Program-made: the position numbers and the translations under genes
Part shown: piece by piece, positions 12,521-27,082 of the stretch
Layout of the letters: every line of letters starts with the position of its first letter
Numbering within the stretch: position 1 is the stretch's first letter
DNA from: the human T2T-CHM13v2.0 reference genome, Homo sapiens
Direction: 5' to 3' (one strand)
DNA length: 64,000 nt
NCBI RefSeq assembly: GCF_009914755.1
Contig: NC_060927.1
The notes under the pieces: model-generated
What the model saw: the letters and a program-made list of their open reading frames with translations, nothing else
Databases searched by the model: none
What the model was told of the DNA's origin: nothing

Positions 12521-15500
12521 GTAACCCACCCTGTCCCAGGCCCATGCTCTGGCTTGGAGCCCACTGGTGATCTCACCCACGGTGTCCAGGTTGTTTTCCC
12601 TAAGACTGGTGCAGACAAAAACTAGCAATGGTCTCAGACAGGATGTGGGGAAACTGGTAAACAAAGGACCCATCTACAGCCACTGGTTGAAACTCACCTA
12701 AAACTGACCTTTAAGGCTGACACCAAAGGGGCAGAGTATGGCAGTTCAGACCTTCATCAGTGACAGAGCTGGATGGCTGTGGGTCTACACCAGCACAATC
12801 CCTTCATTGAGTTGAGGGCTCAGGGCTTCAGGGCTGTCCCCCACAAATCCTCTCAATCCTTGTCAGGAGCCGCCAAGAATTGGTGTCTTCAGGAAGGAGC
12901 TGGTCCTGCCGATCATACAGGACGACATGGTGCCTGCCAGCCAAGGTTCCCATAGCACCTGCTGATTGTCCTGGACTTCTCACTGGGCTTCTGGGAAGTC
13001 AGGCAGAGCCTCCGCCCTCCCATGTTAGCGCAGCATGCCTCACGCCTGCCGGCTGCAGAGTGGCTACCATGTGGTTGCAGTGGGTGATGGCAGAGATTCC
13101 CTTTTGCATTGGGACGGCCCCAATGAACCTTACTCCCCAGCAGAGCTGGGCCTTTTAAGGCAGGTGTAGGAGAGGAGCTTCCTGGACCAGGCTCCTGATG
13201 GCTTCTGTGGGAAGGAGTTGCACTAAGGAGCCCAGAGCAGTCAAGACATTTGCAGTTCAGTCTAAGCAAGGTTCAAAGAGGCTTGGGTACATTGGGCAAT
13301 GAGGGTCTTCCTTCCATCAAGGGGTTTTGTTAACCTGCCTTTTCTGGGAGTGTCAAAAGTGGCTCTCAGTGTGTTATGAAGGGACTCATCGGCCATAACC
13401 TATTAGTGGGCTACTAATGGTAATTCTCCAGCTCACAAGTTCAAGATAGAAAATCTTCCCCACTTTTTTCTGCTTTTCCAGATGGCTGTGCTCTTCCACC
13501 ATCTATTCGACCCTGGAGCTGAAGGTGTGTTTGGTGGCCTGTGATGTTGCCCAGGACTTGTTGTTCATCAGGACTTGGACGAGCTCCTGGGCCCCAGCCT
13601 GTCTTTTCACCTTAGTGATTTCTTCACTCCGTACCTGAGACCCAGGGTGTTCAGGCTCCCTCTGCCTTTTGCTCATCACCTTTCCTACCCTCCCTCAGGC
13701 CCCACCACAGACACCTAGAAGATTTCATAACACATTCATACTGAGATCACCAGAGTCAGTGCATCTCTGCTTCCGGGGATAACAAAATTTTAACTCAGGA
13801 TGAACTCTTGAGGGATCAAGACCCTAGAGGTAGAATTTAGGCTTAGGAACCCCTGACGCCTCCAAGGAGACAGCTGTACTGCAGTCTGAATTTGAGAAAT
13901 GTGTACATACACATTATGTGGGGGGTGGGGGAGATCTAGTGCTGATTAACATGGCATGTTTTTGTTTACTTGAAAATTGCTTCTCAAGATTTAATCTAGT
14001 TTTCAGAAAATTTTTAAATTTACATTCTCATGTACAAATAAATTGTATGCTTTCCGGATAAGTGACATGTTTATATGGTGATAAAGGGAATTATAATGCT
14101 CTTAACTCTTATGTAGTATGTTCTCATCAAAATCACCAAGCATGAGAACACTGTTTAGTCTCATTCATCACTCAGCACAGCCTCTTTCTGTCCACTTCAG
14201 GGCCAAGTCTTTGCCATGGCCCCACATAACGTGTAAATTAGCTTCAGGGATCAAAAATCTTTGAAAACCCAGTTTGCTGAGCCTTGAAGGAAGCCTTTAG
14301 ACCCAGCTTCAATGAAGTCACAGCTCCCTGAGGGTCCTGGTGGACTGGAGGCGGCCTCCCAAGCCTGGGAGCTGTGTGCCTGGATGGTCTCACTGGGGTG
14401 ATGACCCAAGCTCATGGCTCCCTCTCAACCTCTAACCCTTCTTAACACAGTCACCCCTGGTCCCCTGAGCACTCACTGAAGTCCCTTTGAAGGACATTTC
14501 TAGTCTCCTAAGATGCCTGTTTCCTCCAGCTGCCACCCTCATTTCACCAGCCAGGTAGGCAGGTTTTCCAGCTTCGTGCTGGCATAGAGAATCCGTGCCA
14601 TAGCAGCTGCCAAAAGGAAAGGTGTGTCTGTAAAGGCCCAAACTAGGCGGGGACAGTGGCTGCTTTCCAAGCCCCTTCCCTTTGTCAGCTCCAGGGAGAA
14701 CCAAAGGCCAGCCAGGGGGCCTGTCTTCTATTGGGTCCCAGCATCAGGGTATACAATGCGCTTTCCTCCCCTTCTTAAAATGTATCATATATTAGGCCGA
14801 CCTAATACTCTGAAAGCACATTTACTCTGAAAGCAAATGAGGGAAAAAAGCGAGCTAATTGTTCAAGTGGATTTTTAGCATACATTGACTGTACTTTCCT
14901 GACACATGAGTGTTAATCATGGGGAAAGGAGTGCTTTTTTTGTTCTCAGTGAGGCTGACACAAAGTACTCTCCACAGGGTACATTATTCCTGAGACAAAC
15001 CACTTCTTACCAGTAACATAGACCTGGGCTGTAAGTGCTCCCAGTTTCCCTTTTTGAAAAGCTCCACCTTTAAAAGCTGCCTCAACTCTGGCAAACTCCC
15101 ACGTGTGTATTTTGGGTAACTACCCTGAAAAGAGGTGGTGTTCTGAGGCTGTTTCTCACACATTGTAGGGCCTGCCCAGAGAAGCTGGGCATACCGCTTC
15201 AGAGGTATGCTGAGGCCGAAGGAACACAGGCCCTAGGCCTGATCCCTGAGCCTCCAGGACCACAGCCATCTCTTCCTTCTCAGGTCCTCTCCTGAGCACC
15301 TTCCCTGCCTCAGATCCCCCCATGGCCTCCTGCTGTCCCACTGTCGGATCAGGTTCTCACCCCTGCAGACCTGACCTCAGCACAGGATCCCTAACCATTC
15401 AGCCGAGAAGCAACTAACCAGAGAGAGGTTTGCTTGTTATCTGTTCCAGGAAAGTAACTGGGGCAAAGACAATGTGATGATTCTCTAGTTCAGGGCACAG

Positions 15501-16092
15501 AATGTTTGCTGGTGACTCAGAGAGGGCATGGAGGGCACGGAGGGCCGGCAAACACTGTAAGTCATTTTGTCTGTGTAAGTTTAGGGGAACCCATGCTCAG
15601 CCTCACTCTGAAGCATGTGGTATCACCCATATGATCTGAATAAGATGACAGGTCTCGATATGTGGAACTGTGCACCAGGTTGTCTCATTGCTGTTTAGGA
15701 ACAGTCCTGTATTTACCAAACTATGTGAGAGAGAGACAGCCTGATCATGAACCCCCGACCCTGCAGACTTCATGTGCAGTGCCCCAAATAGTCTAGAAAG
15801 TGTTGTTTAGCCGATGAACAAATGCCCATTTGTGAGATGGGAAGGAAGCACTGGGGGCCAGCGTCCCTGATGCTGTCCCAGGATCCCCCAGGAACACCTG
15901 CAGGGCAGCCTGAGATCACTCTTCCCGAGACCTGGGACTCCCCCAACTCAGCCCCTCAGGGCCGGGCCCTGCCTACCTCCTGGTTGCCTGCTTCAGCCAT
16001 GTGGAGCCCGCCCTTGCTGCTAGAAAACCCTGATGTAACGCTGGCACAGGAAGTTCTGATCCAGAGTGTTTTTGTTTGTTGTGCTTCCTCAG

Positions 16093-16259
16093 GATTTCTT
16101 TGGATCTGGAGACCCCAAAGAAACAAAGATGCTAATCACCAAACAGGCTGACTGGGCCAGAAATATGAAAGAGCCCAAAGTCACCGTGGGGATGTAAATC
16201 TCAGCAGGAGAGCACGTCAAGGCCATTGAGATCTGTGGTGACTATGTCAGGGTTGACAT
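16093..16259 (+). pseudogene. IFT122 pseudo-exon (about exon 19) with an in-frame stop and a dead donor
   Basis: [54 protein letters not shown]; TAA at 16195-16197; donor position reads gaaagt. Confidence 0.9.
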
Positions 16260-16849
16260 GAAAGTTTCCGTCTGTGCCCTGAGCATTTGGCAGCATGTCA
16301 TCACATGCCACCTCTTGGCTTTGACTGACAAGGAAACAAATCGTGCGTCTCTAAATATTTAAAGCAAATGTGATAGCGATTGGGTTCCTTGGGAGACACA
16401 GAGACTGCCTGTGTTTAGCGCTCAGAGCAGGCCCCACACTCACCTCTTCCTTTAGAGGGCAGTCATTGAGGAATTCTCACGCCTTGGCCTCCACTTTTCT
16501 GTGTGAATTCCTGCACCCGTGGTATAAAGAGCGCTGGGCCACTTCCTGGCTGCTGAGTCTTGGGCTGGGTGCTTCACCTTCACCCCAGACATTATTCTTC
16601 TCATCTGCAAGATGGAAATAATCATGCCCACCTCTTAGGGACCCAAGTGACAGGGCTTGGGTATTTCGGCAGGCCTTTATCCTGCTTCCCCATGGCATGG
16701 AGCTCCTGGGCCCGGCACCCCTTCCCTGCCTGCCCACCCGGGTGGCCTTTCCTCTTGGCAGCCAGGCCCCAGGGGCCCGAAGCCAGAGTCCAGGGGGAGG
16801 AGGACACGTGCCTGCCCCGGCCCCTCGGGAGTCCGTGGCTGTTTTGTAG

Positions 16850-17065
<216 letters not shown>

Positions 17066-17340
17066 TGAATGTCCCTGTTTATGAAATGAGGACACTCTGA
17101 CACCCACCTACCTGACACAAGGAGTCACTGTCGGTGTTCCCAGAGATAGGACCCACTGCTGCCCAAAGCTGAAGCACCCACTCTGGGAACCTGGCGCAGG
17201 GCTTTACATAACCAAATGCCCCAGGAAGAGAGTCCGATGGCTTTGCATTCAGACCAGGAGGCTGAGATAGGTTTTCAAGGCCCAGCTCCTTTGATGTTGA
17301 CAGAGGATCAGAAGCCCCTTCCCAGGAGCTGAGCAGAGGC

Positions 17341-17362
17341 CACACACACACAGAGACTGCCC

Positions 17363-17406
<44 letters not shown>

Positions 17407-17511
17407 ATTGCCCCTGCACATACACACACACACACAGACTGCCCCTGCACACACACACACACTGCCCCTGCACACACACATACACAGATGGCCCCTACAC
17501 ACAGACTGCCC

Positions 17512-17555
<44 letters not shown>

Positions 17556-17860
17556 ACGGCCCCTGCACACACACACAGACTACCCCTGCACACACACAGA
17601 GCTAGCCCCTGCACACACACACACAGAGCTAGCCCCTGCACACACACAGACTGCCCCTGCACACACATACACACACATACACACACAGAGACAGCCCCTG
17701 CACACACACACACCGACGGCCCCTGCACCCACACAGACTGCTCTTGCACACACACACACTCACACACATACACAGAGACTGCCCTTGCACACACACACAC
17801 AGAGACTACCCTTGCGCACACACAGAGACTGCCCCTGTACCCCACACAGACTGCCCCTGC
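17341..17860. repeat. Compound VNTR with unit (CA)n-GAGACTGCCCCTG
   Basis: Recurrent cag(ag)actgcccctg spacers separated by (CA)n tracts of variable length. Confidence 0.95.
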
Positions 17861-17876
17861 TGCCTCTGCTTGCCTA

Positions 17877-18200
17877 TTTTTTTTTTTTTTGTATTTTTAG
17901 TAGAGACGGGGTTTCACCGTGTCAGCCAGGATGGTCTCGATCTCCTGACCTTGTGATCCGCCCACCTCGCCCTCCCAAAAGTGCTGGGATTACAGGCGTG
18001 AGCTTGCCTAGTTTTTTAAACCTGCTGTTCTTGTGCAGGCATGGTGGCTCATGTCTGTAATCCCAGCACCTTGGGAGGGCGAAGCAGGAGGATCACTTGA
18101 GCCCAGGAGTTCAAGGGTGCAGCAGGCCATCATCATAGCTGTTAATGGCCACTGCATTCTAGCCTGGGCAACAGAGTAGAAACCATCTCTAAAAACAAAC
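17877..18200. mobile_element. Alu left-arm fragment (-, 17877-18003) and Alu monomer (+, about 18035-18200)
   Basis: Alu consensus; the first fragment is flanked by gcttgccta on both sides. Confidence 0.8.
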
Positions 18201-18599
18201 CGTAAACACTACCTAGCACTAATGTCCTGTGACCCCTCCTTGCACTCTCCACCTTTGTGTAAAGTACTCTCTGTCCACAAAGTCTTCCTCTTATTCTCCC
18301 TCTAGTTCACATTTGGTTGTAAAGCCTCCGTACCCCTGAAAATACCCCTTACCAAAGCATAAAGGGCCTCTTAAAGTCTGAGGCCTATGTTTGATCTTCC
18401 CCAAATTCCCTCATAAATAAAGCAACATTCTGGAAACAACAGCCAAAAGATATTATATTGAAAACCGGTGATTACTGCTGTGTTCACTGTGTCAAGCAAA
18501 GTCCATTTTTCTGGTCTTGGGACTCCACAGCTATGAGGACAAAAGTCTCTCCCCTCTCCAACAAAGGAAACACACTGAACTCCCCAAGAAGCATTCTCT

Positions 18600-18880
18600 T
18601 TTTCCTTTTGGGATGGAGTTTCACTGTCGCCCTAGGCTGGAGTGCAGTGGCGCGATCGTAGCTCACTGCAACCTCTCCTGCTGGTTCTCCCACCTCAGCC
18701 TCCTGAGTAGCTGAGATTACAGGCGTGTACCACCACGCCCAGCTAATTTTGTCTTTTTAGTAGAGATGGGGTTTCGTCAAGTTGGCCAGGCTGGTCTCGA
18801 ACTCCTGACCTCAGGTGATCTGCCCACCTCGGCCTCCCAAAGTGCTGGGATTACAGGCATGAGCCACCACACCTGGCCCC
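18600..18880 (-). mobile_element. Alu
   Basis: Alu consensus flanked by aagcattctct duplication. Confidence 0.9.
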
Positions 18881-19831
18881 AAACAAGCATTCTCTAAACT
18901 CCTGTAAGGAATGACTTCACATTCCCTCAGAGAATGTCAGCTTCCCAAAATGCATCCCAAGAGTTTCCAGAGTTCCTGCCAGAAGTGCCCGCACAGATGC
19001 AAACTTCAGACCCCTGAAACCAGAGATGGACCCAACTCACTTGTTGCATATCAGCAGCACTCTCAGCTCCTTGACATTGTGGACCAGGAACTTCCGGAAG
19101 CCACTGGGCAGCACGTGCTTTCTGGTTTTTTTTTTTTTTTTTTTTTTTTTGCTCCTATAACCAATGCTGGGCATCATATCAAGACCTGGCCCTTGAACCT
19201 TCTATGAACCCTGTTGTCAATGCCTCTGGGTTTCCACCAGTTACGCTGAAGGAAATAATACACAGGTGGGTTAGCATCTGTGCAGACTGCCAACTGTTCC
19301 ATAGGGGAGGGAAAAAAGGACCAAATGAAAAGGAAGTATGCCACACAGTAGTTGCCTTTGGTAATAGGACTTCACTATTTCCTTACATGCTTTTTTGGTG
19401 GGAAAAACCAGGAGCTCGTGGCTTTTGCCACTAGGAAGGCAGGCACCCCCGCCATTCTCACTCCCAAGAAATGGAGACACCAATGGGATGCGAGGGGACT
19501 GTGTAGATATTGAGATGGCGAGCACAGGTGCAGACACTGCTCTCAGCACCTCTGAGTTTTCTTGTCTATAAAATAGGGATCCTGCTGTCATAAGGCAACC
19601 CAAAATACATGATACAAATGCAAAGCCCTCCAAACATATCAAAATGGCCAAGTGTCCCTTTTCATTAAAGTTTCACTTCACACATCAAGAGACGTAAGTA
19701 CCAGCACTAGGGCACACTGGGGGAGACCTGTATTTCCACAGAAAGCTCTTCCACAAACCAGTTCATCGGTCAAAGGTAATCCTGACTAGGTGATGTCAGA
19801 ACTGGCAGCCTGTTGGAAACTCCTTTCTTCA

Positions 19832-20173
<342 letters not shown>

Positions 20174-20784
20174 AAGGGTCACCTCACCCACTCAGAGCCC
20201 AAAGAATGCCAACAGCTGAGCAAATCAAAACTGACCCCAAGACACTCTCAATTTGCAAGGGGCAGCAAATCCCACCCTGCCAGTGTCTGAACCCCCAGAT
20301 GGTCCTTCCGGTAGTACTGGCCTTGACCATCTACTTGAACTGGAGTCTCAGTTTCCTCACCTGTAAAATGGAGACGACATTGTGTGCTGAATGCCTGCAG
20401 TACCTGTCACAGGGTAAATGTTCAATAAAGAAAACCTTCTAATTCCCTAGGTAGCAGCTGCGCTACCACACCCCCAACACACACAAAACCATCATATCCC
20501 TCTAAGGATGCCTCAAACCTGGAGATCTTCCATTATCAACTCACAACTTCCTCAGTGTGGTCTTCTGAGCCATTCATTTATTTCCTACAGCAGCACCCCT
20601 TCTGTTCTCTTTGCAGCCATCAATTGGCACAGAGTGGGTACTCAATGAACCACGTATTCAAAACAACTTTGCCTTCTGGCCCATGATATCCTTGAAGGCA
20701 AGGGGGAAGTTTCATCTTTATATTCCCAGAGCTCCTGACGATCAAAATCTCTGTTAACAACTGAGTGAGCTGACCTGCACCCCA

Positions 20785-20818
<34 letters not shown>

Positions 20819-20926
20819 AGTCCCACCACAGCAGCCCTAGGGTCACAGGCTAGAAGGAAAGGAACGTGGGGTCAGTGGGGTCATGGCAATGAATGAATGC
20901 ACGTGGGCCAACATCAGTAAGCACGG

Positions 20927-21732
20927 TATAAACCGAAAAATAAATTCTAAGCCCCCCACCCAACTGAATGGACTCCTGCTCTTGGCCAAGGGCATTCCAA
21001 AGTTAACCTGAAAAACTAGTTCAAGCCATAATGGGAATGTGGGGTCGAACTTGCCTCATTATGCCCTTCTCCCTATGGAATTCAGGCACAGCTGACCAGC
21101 GTTAGCATTAAAAGAGATCCCAAGACTGACAAAACAGACTTTGTAGCAATAAGACACCAAATTTCAACCTGACTCTAGTATAGCATCACATGACAGATTG
21201 CAGGCCCTGAAAGAAACAGAAGTACTTTACCCAAAAATATATTTCTTTGACATATTCTGACATGGCCCTGTAAAGCTGTCTCTTGTGGGGACAATCTACG
21301 TCCTGTAGTGAATCCCCCTCCCTTTCCAGGTCTTCTCCCTGAGCCAGGAGAGGCTCCACTAAGACTTTGGCACCTTTTCAGGCCTGGTAAGAAACATTTA
21401 CGATCTACTCTCTTTGAAGCCCGCTACCTGGAGGCTTCCTCTGCATAAATAAGAACCTTGGTCTCCACAACCTCTTATCTGAACCCAGGCATTCCTTTTT
21501 GTTGATTCCAAGTCTTTAGACAAACTCAACCAATTGTCAAATCTACCAACAGCCCGGACCAGGCCCCCCAACACACCTCCCTAAAATGTACAAAACCAAG
21601 CTGCACCCCAACCACCTTGGGCACATGTTCTCAGGACTTCCTGAGGGCTTTGTCACGGGCCGTGGTCACTCATACTGGACTCAGAATAAGTCTTTTCAAA
21701 TACTTTACACAGTTTGACTCTTTTCGTCAATA
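20927..21732 (+). mobile_element. MER4-group ERV1 solo LTR in RPL32P3 intron 1
   Basis: Starts tataaaccgaaaaataaattctaagccc and ends cagtttgactcttttcgtcaata, matching recalled MER4 termini. Confidence 0.75.
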
Positions 21733-21903
21733 GACGCAAAGCCCAACCACCACCCCGGCTGCCTGCTTCACTCTGTTCGTGTACGCGCTCCAGCAAGCCG
21801 ACAATACCCACAGACACAGAGTGGTAGGGAAGGCCTCCTTACCAGGGGACCATAGGGCCAGATGAAGCCTGCAGGAACGCAGATGGCCACGGATTAAGAC
21901 TCA

Positions 21904-22378
<475 letters not shown>

Positions 22379-22789
22379 TTAACTGTTTTAATAGAGAGTA
22401 ATATCTAAGAATGTAAAGGAAAATTTATCTTACCTGCCCTTGGCACTAGTTAGAAAGTTGGAATTCTTTCTGAGTTGAGACCTGGTGTAGGGAGGAATCT
22501 ACTTCCGCCAGAAGTTGAAGCCAATCTAGCGTTTGGGCTATTTCCGCCCTTGTTTCCTCTACTCCGAAGTGCGCTTCCTAGCGGTCAGGAGAGATCAAGA
22601 CCGACTTCCCAAAATTCCCTCACTGAATTTACATAGTAAATAGTGATGAGACCGGAACCGCTAACGTACGATGGGCCTACCACAATTCTATAATGTAACC
22701 TATTATTGTCTCTATTTTGCATATGTGGAAGGAGAATTTTGGAGATTTTACTCCAAGCTCCACGCTTCTAACCATTAGTCTAAACTACC

Positions 22790-23383
<594 letters not shown>

Positions 23384-23912
23384 TGACAGGGATAGTTCCA
23401 GGGACCAGATGGGGTCAGAAGCTAAACTGGATTGTATTGATGACTGAATGAGAGAGAGGTGAGAAGGGTGTGTTAACAACTCCATGGTGAGATTTTTGGG
23501 TGTGAGGGGAATGGGGAGTTTGAGGAGACCCAGAGAAGTGGAATGTCTGAGGTCACACAGCTGGCAAGCCGTAGTGCTGGGGCTAGAACCCTGCTGCATC
23601 TGTGGCTATTCCACACCTCATGAATCTTGCTTATCCTGCAGGCTGTATGTAGTGAGATGGGATGCGGAGCAGGGAAGCACATTACTAATGGCAGCCTGAA
23701 TGATGCCTGTCATGAAAGAAAAGGTCTTGATTGGGTCAAGTGGGTTCATCAACTGGGAGGGTTCATGAACCACAGAGCCTGCCTTCAGTTTCCAAAGACC
23801 CAAGAGATTTGGAAGCAGTAACCTGATGGCTCAGTCTTTGTGGGGTACGGGACATGCTGCCACCTCACTTCACAGAGGAGAGTACGGGGTACCCACACTG
23901 CTTCCCTGTGGG

Positions 23913-24106
23913 CACTGGGGTCCCAGGACAAGAGGCTGGAGGTGGCCTGCAGTCATCCCTGGAATAGCCCAGGGAACGTACCTGTATTCCCCCAGGCTCA
24001 AGGTTTCCCCACTGGGATCCCGGGACAAGAGGCTGGAGGTGGCCTGCAGTCATCCCTGGAATAGCCCAGGGAATGTACCTGTATTTCCCCAGGCTCAAGG
24101 TCTCCC
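23913..24106. repeat. 97-bp tandem duplication (2 copies)
   Basis: ggacaagaggctggaggtggcctgcagtcatccctggaatagcccagggaa starts at 23926 and again at 24023. Confidence 0.95.
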
Positions 24107-24425
24107 CCCGGTCACAGCTCCTGAGCAAGAAATCACATCAGCTGGGTCACAGGTGAAATGAGAAAAACTCCAACCTGCTTTATGTAGAAAGGGCAGAGGT
24201 CAGGGGAGGGAAATAGTCAAAAACTGCACGTCATTCCTTGGACACATCTACCCTCTGAGACACTGGACACTTTGAGTCCAGAGGGAACTGGCCCCCGGTC
24301 CATCCCTCTTTGAAAGGATTTCTTTAGTTTGACTCTTTGACACTCCTCTTGTGTCTGGGCTCTGGGCCGCTGGCTGCACTGGCCCCTGGCCCAGGAAGGC
24401 TGGGTCCGGCAACACCTGGCTAGCT

Positions 24426-24684
24426 CTAGTTGATGTAGTACACCTTGGCGGCATCATAATGGGCGTGGGTCATGTAGTTCTTGTTCCTAAGGGGCCACCA
24501 GTGGTCAGGGTGGTAGGTGGCTGGGTAGACATGGGGCTGGTGTTGAACACAACTGAAGAGCGCCAGGCTCCGGTCTGTGGCCACAGTGGGCAGGTAGAGC
24601 TGCAGCTTATCCAGAAGATGACCCGGCCAGAAGGAATTGGGGTGTGTTTGCTGCAGACCACTGGACCTCTTCACCTTCAGCTTC
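24426..24684 (-). CDS. EFCAB12: EFCAB12 exon 9 (last coding exon, ends at TAG)
   Basis: cag|GAAGCTGAAG encodes [22 protein letters not shown]...DAAKVYYIN*; the nine exons sum to 1719 nt = 572 aa plus stop. Confidence 0.9.
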
Positions 24685-25355
24685 CTGGAAAACAAGAAGA
24701 CACAGGGATGGTTGTCATGGCAGACAGGCCAGGGCTGAGGCTTCATCGCAGAGCCCACCAACTGTGACCAAAGTGGAGATTTAGCACTGTGCCAAGCACT
24801 TCAGCACCTCAGTCCTCCCCACAGTTCCATATGGTCAGCTCTGTTATCCTGTCGACCTCACCTGTGAGGACCCAGAGGCCTGGGGAGGCCGTCGCACACT
24901 GAGCAAGTGGCCAAGTGCAGGCTTCATTCCTTGTCCAATGCCTCTAAACTCAAAGTCTTAAGCGCGAACCATCTGTTATCTGGAGGCATTTTAATGTGGT
25001 GTTTGGAGTACGGCCCCTGCAGCCACCCTAGCTGGGTTCAGATCCCCACTGCATCACTTCGTAGATGTGCGACTCTGAGCATGATATTTACCCTGTCTGT
25101 GCCTCAGTTTCCTCCTGTGTAAAATGAATATGCTTAGTGTCACTTCGTAGGGCTGTTGGGAGGATCTGAGTGAGTGAACACATGGAAAGCCCCAGAGCAA
25201 TGCCTCCTGGCCCTCTCTGTGTTGTGTCACTGCCTCTCAGGCCAGGGCACCGAGCCCCAGCTGTTGTGCCAGGAGTGCAGAGTCCCAGTTGTCTCAGGCG
25301 AAGCTGCCCCTCCTCCCACCTTCCTTCCTTGTGGAGTTAGATGATTGCCACAGAC

Positions 25356-25412
25356 CTGGTAAATTCCTCAAACTCCTTAAAGCGCATTTTCTTGCTTTTC
25401 TTTGGCGTTTTC
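25356..25412 (-). CDS. EFCAB12: EFCAB12 exon 8
   Basis: tag|G AAA ACG...ACC AG|gtctgt encodes KTPKKSKKMRFKEFEEFTR; 57 nt, phase 2/2. Confidence 0.88.
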
Positions 25413-27082
25413 CTAGTGGAGAAGAGAGAGGCATTTTGTGAGGAGAGTGGAAATCCAGGCCAATGGGGCTTTAGGGAGTAGGTCAGGGCCGCAGGGGTGG
25501 ACCCGTTTCTAAGTCTCAAACGAGAGCTCTGAAAGAAAAATGTCTTCCACCTGGGGTGGACCCTGACTCTGTGCCTCCATGCTCCAGGGGAACACAGTGG
25601 GCTTGGGTCAGCTGGACCTACCCTCAGAATCTGGCCAGGTGACCTGGGCAAGTCACTTCCCCTTTCTCATCCTTGGTTTTCTCATGGTCCAGAATAGAGA
25701 CCTCTCAGGGTAGTTACGAGGGAGGCTCAGTAAGTCACTGCCAAATCCTTTTGGGGTCCCTGGCTCCTACTCCCCACTCCAGAGCTTAACCCAGCCCTGA
25801 GGACGAAGGTGGTGAAATCTAACCCCCTTCCCCTCCAACCCTGAGCCTGACAGACATCACTAATCGTTCACGGCACTCTTTCCCACCCAGCCTCCATCAA
25901 CCATAAGTAGCAAGATACAGTCAACGTCTCTCCTTGACCTAAGAGAACTCTCTTTATCCTTTATTAGCTATGGCCTACCTAAGCATGGACCAAAATCCCC
26001 TTCCTGGGTTCCCAGCCATTTCCTGGCCCACCCCGGGGCTGGAAGGAAGTCACAGCCCGTGTCATGGCCAGGACCCACCTGCAGGCCTGGGCCTACTCCT
26101 GCACTTGAAGATGCCCCAACCAGAGCAAGGTAAAACAACGACAATCATTGATTGAGTGCTGTCCCTGCTAAGATGTTGACACTCTTTCTCATCTGATCCT
26201 CATAGTGTATGGTAGGAGCTACTAGGCCCCTTTACATATGAAGATGCTAAGACTCAGAGAAGTGCCTTGTCCATTTAACCGGAGGCCTGTCTGATCTCTA
26301 CAGGGCCCTGCTGTGTCCCACTGCAGGCATTCTGGCCACACACCCAGTGGGCAGCTGGCAGGGGTCTAGAAGCAGGGGCAGGTCCAGGCCCCTCCCACCT
26401 CATGGTATCCGGCCAGCTGGGCTCTCCTCCTCCCATGCCGCGCCCCTGCCTCTGCAGGGATGCTGCCTTGTTCCTCTGCAGTCACCCACGGATGCTGCCC
26501 ACGGGTTGTCACCTGCTGCTTGACTCAAATCTGGGTAGCTCAGGCTTTGGAGTACCAAAGGAGGCCATTTTCTTAGAGAAGACTCAGGTTGGCCTCTCGA
26601 AAGGGCTGGAGGCAGGTCCCGGGGAAATGTTCTTTTATCCTCCTATGAGCTGCAAGCCCACCTCTTGCCAGAGAAGGGGTGTGGCCGCTGCAAGGTGGCA
26701 GGGCAGAGAAAGGGCTGCCCCCTGTTCTCTGCAGGGCCCTGACACCTGGCTGGGGATTTGTGAAGGCCCTCGCTCCAGCCCTGTTCTCTAAGGAGGCTCT
26801 CCTTTTCATCTTTTCCAGAAACCTTATGATTGTGCAGGACTGGGGTCAGGAGGGTAGCTGTGTGGGAGCTGAGGCCAGCAGGCCATGATCCTGAGACATG
26901 CGCCAAGGGTGACCCGGGACTGGCCAGTCTGCAGTGAGCAGTCAGGTTGGGGGATGTTGCCCTAGGATGCAGACGCAAGCACAGCATGGCGCCCCAGGTA
27001 CTCCAGCCTCCAGCCCCCACACTGAAGGGATAGCAATGGAGCAGGAGGCCAAGGCAGGGAGAAAGGGGGTCCGAAACTCAGC

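Noticed and set aside
14790-14836. Short hairpin TATTAGG-CCGA-CCTAATA and a 13-bp direct repeat tactctgaaagca
   Set aside because: Too short to exceed chance or local slippage in 64 kb; no RNA-gene context
17079-18060. Long His/Thr- or Cys/Val-rich ORFs and a superficially CRISPR-like repeat-spacer pattern
   Set aside because: These are translations of the (CA)n VNTR; the spacers are simple repeats and the context is eukaryotic with no cas genes
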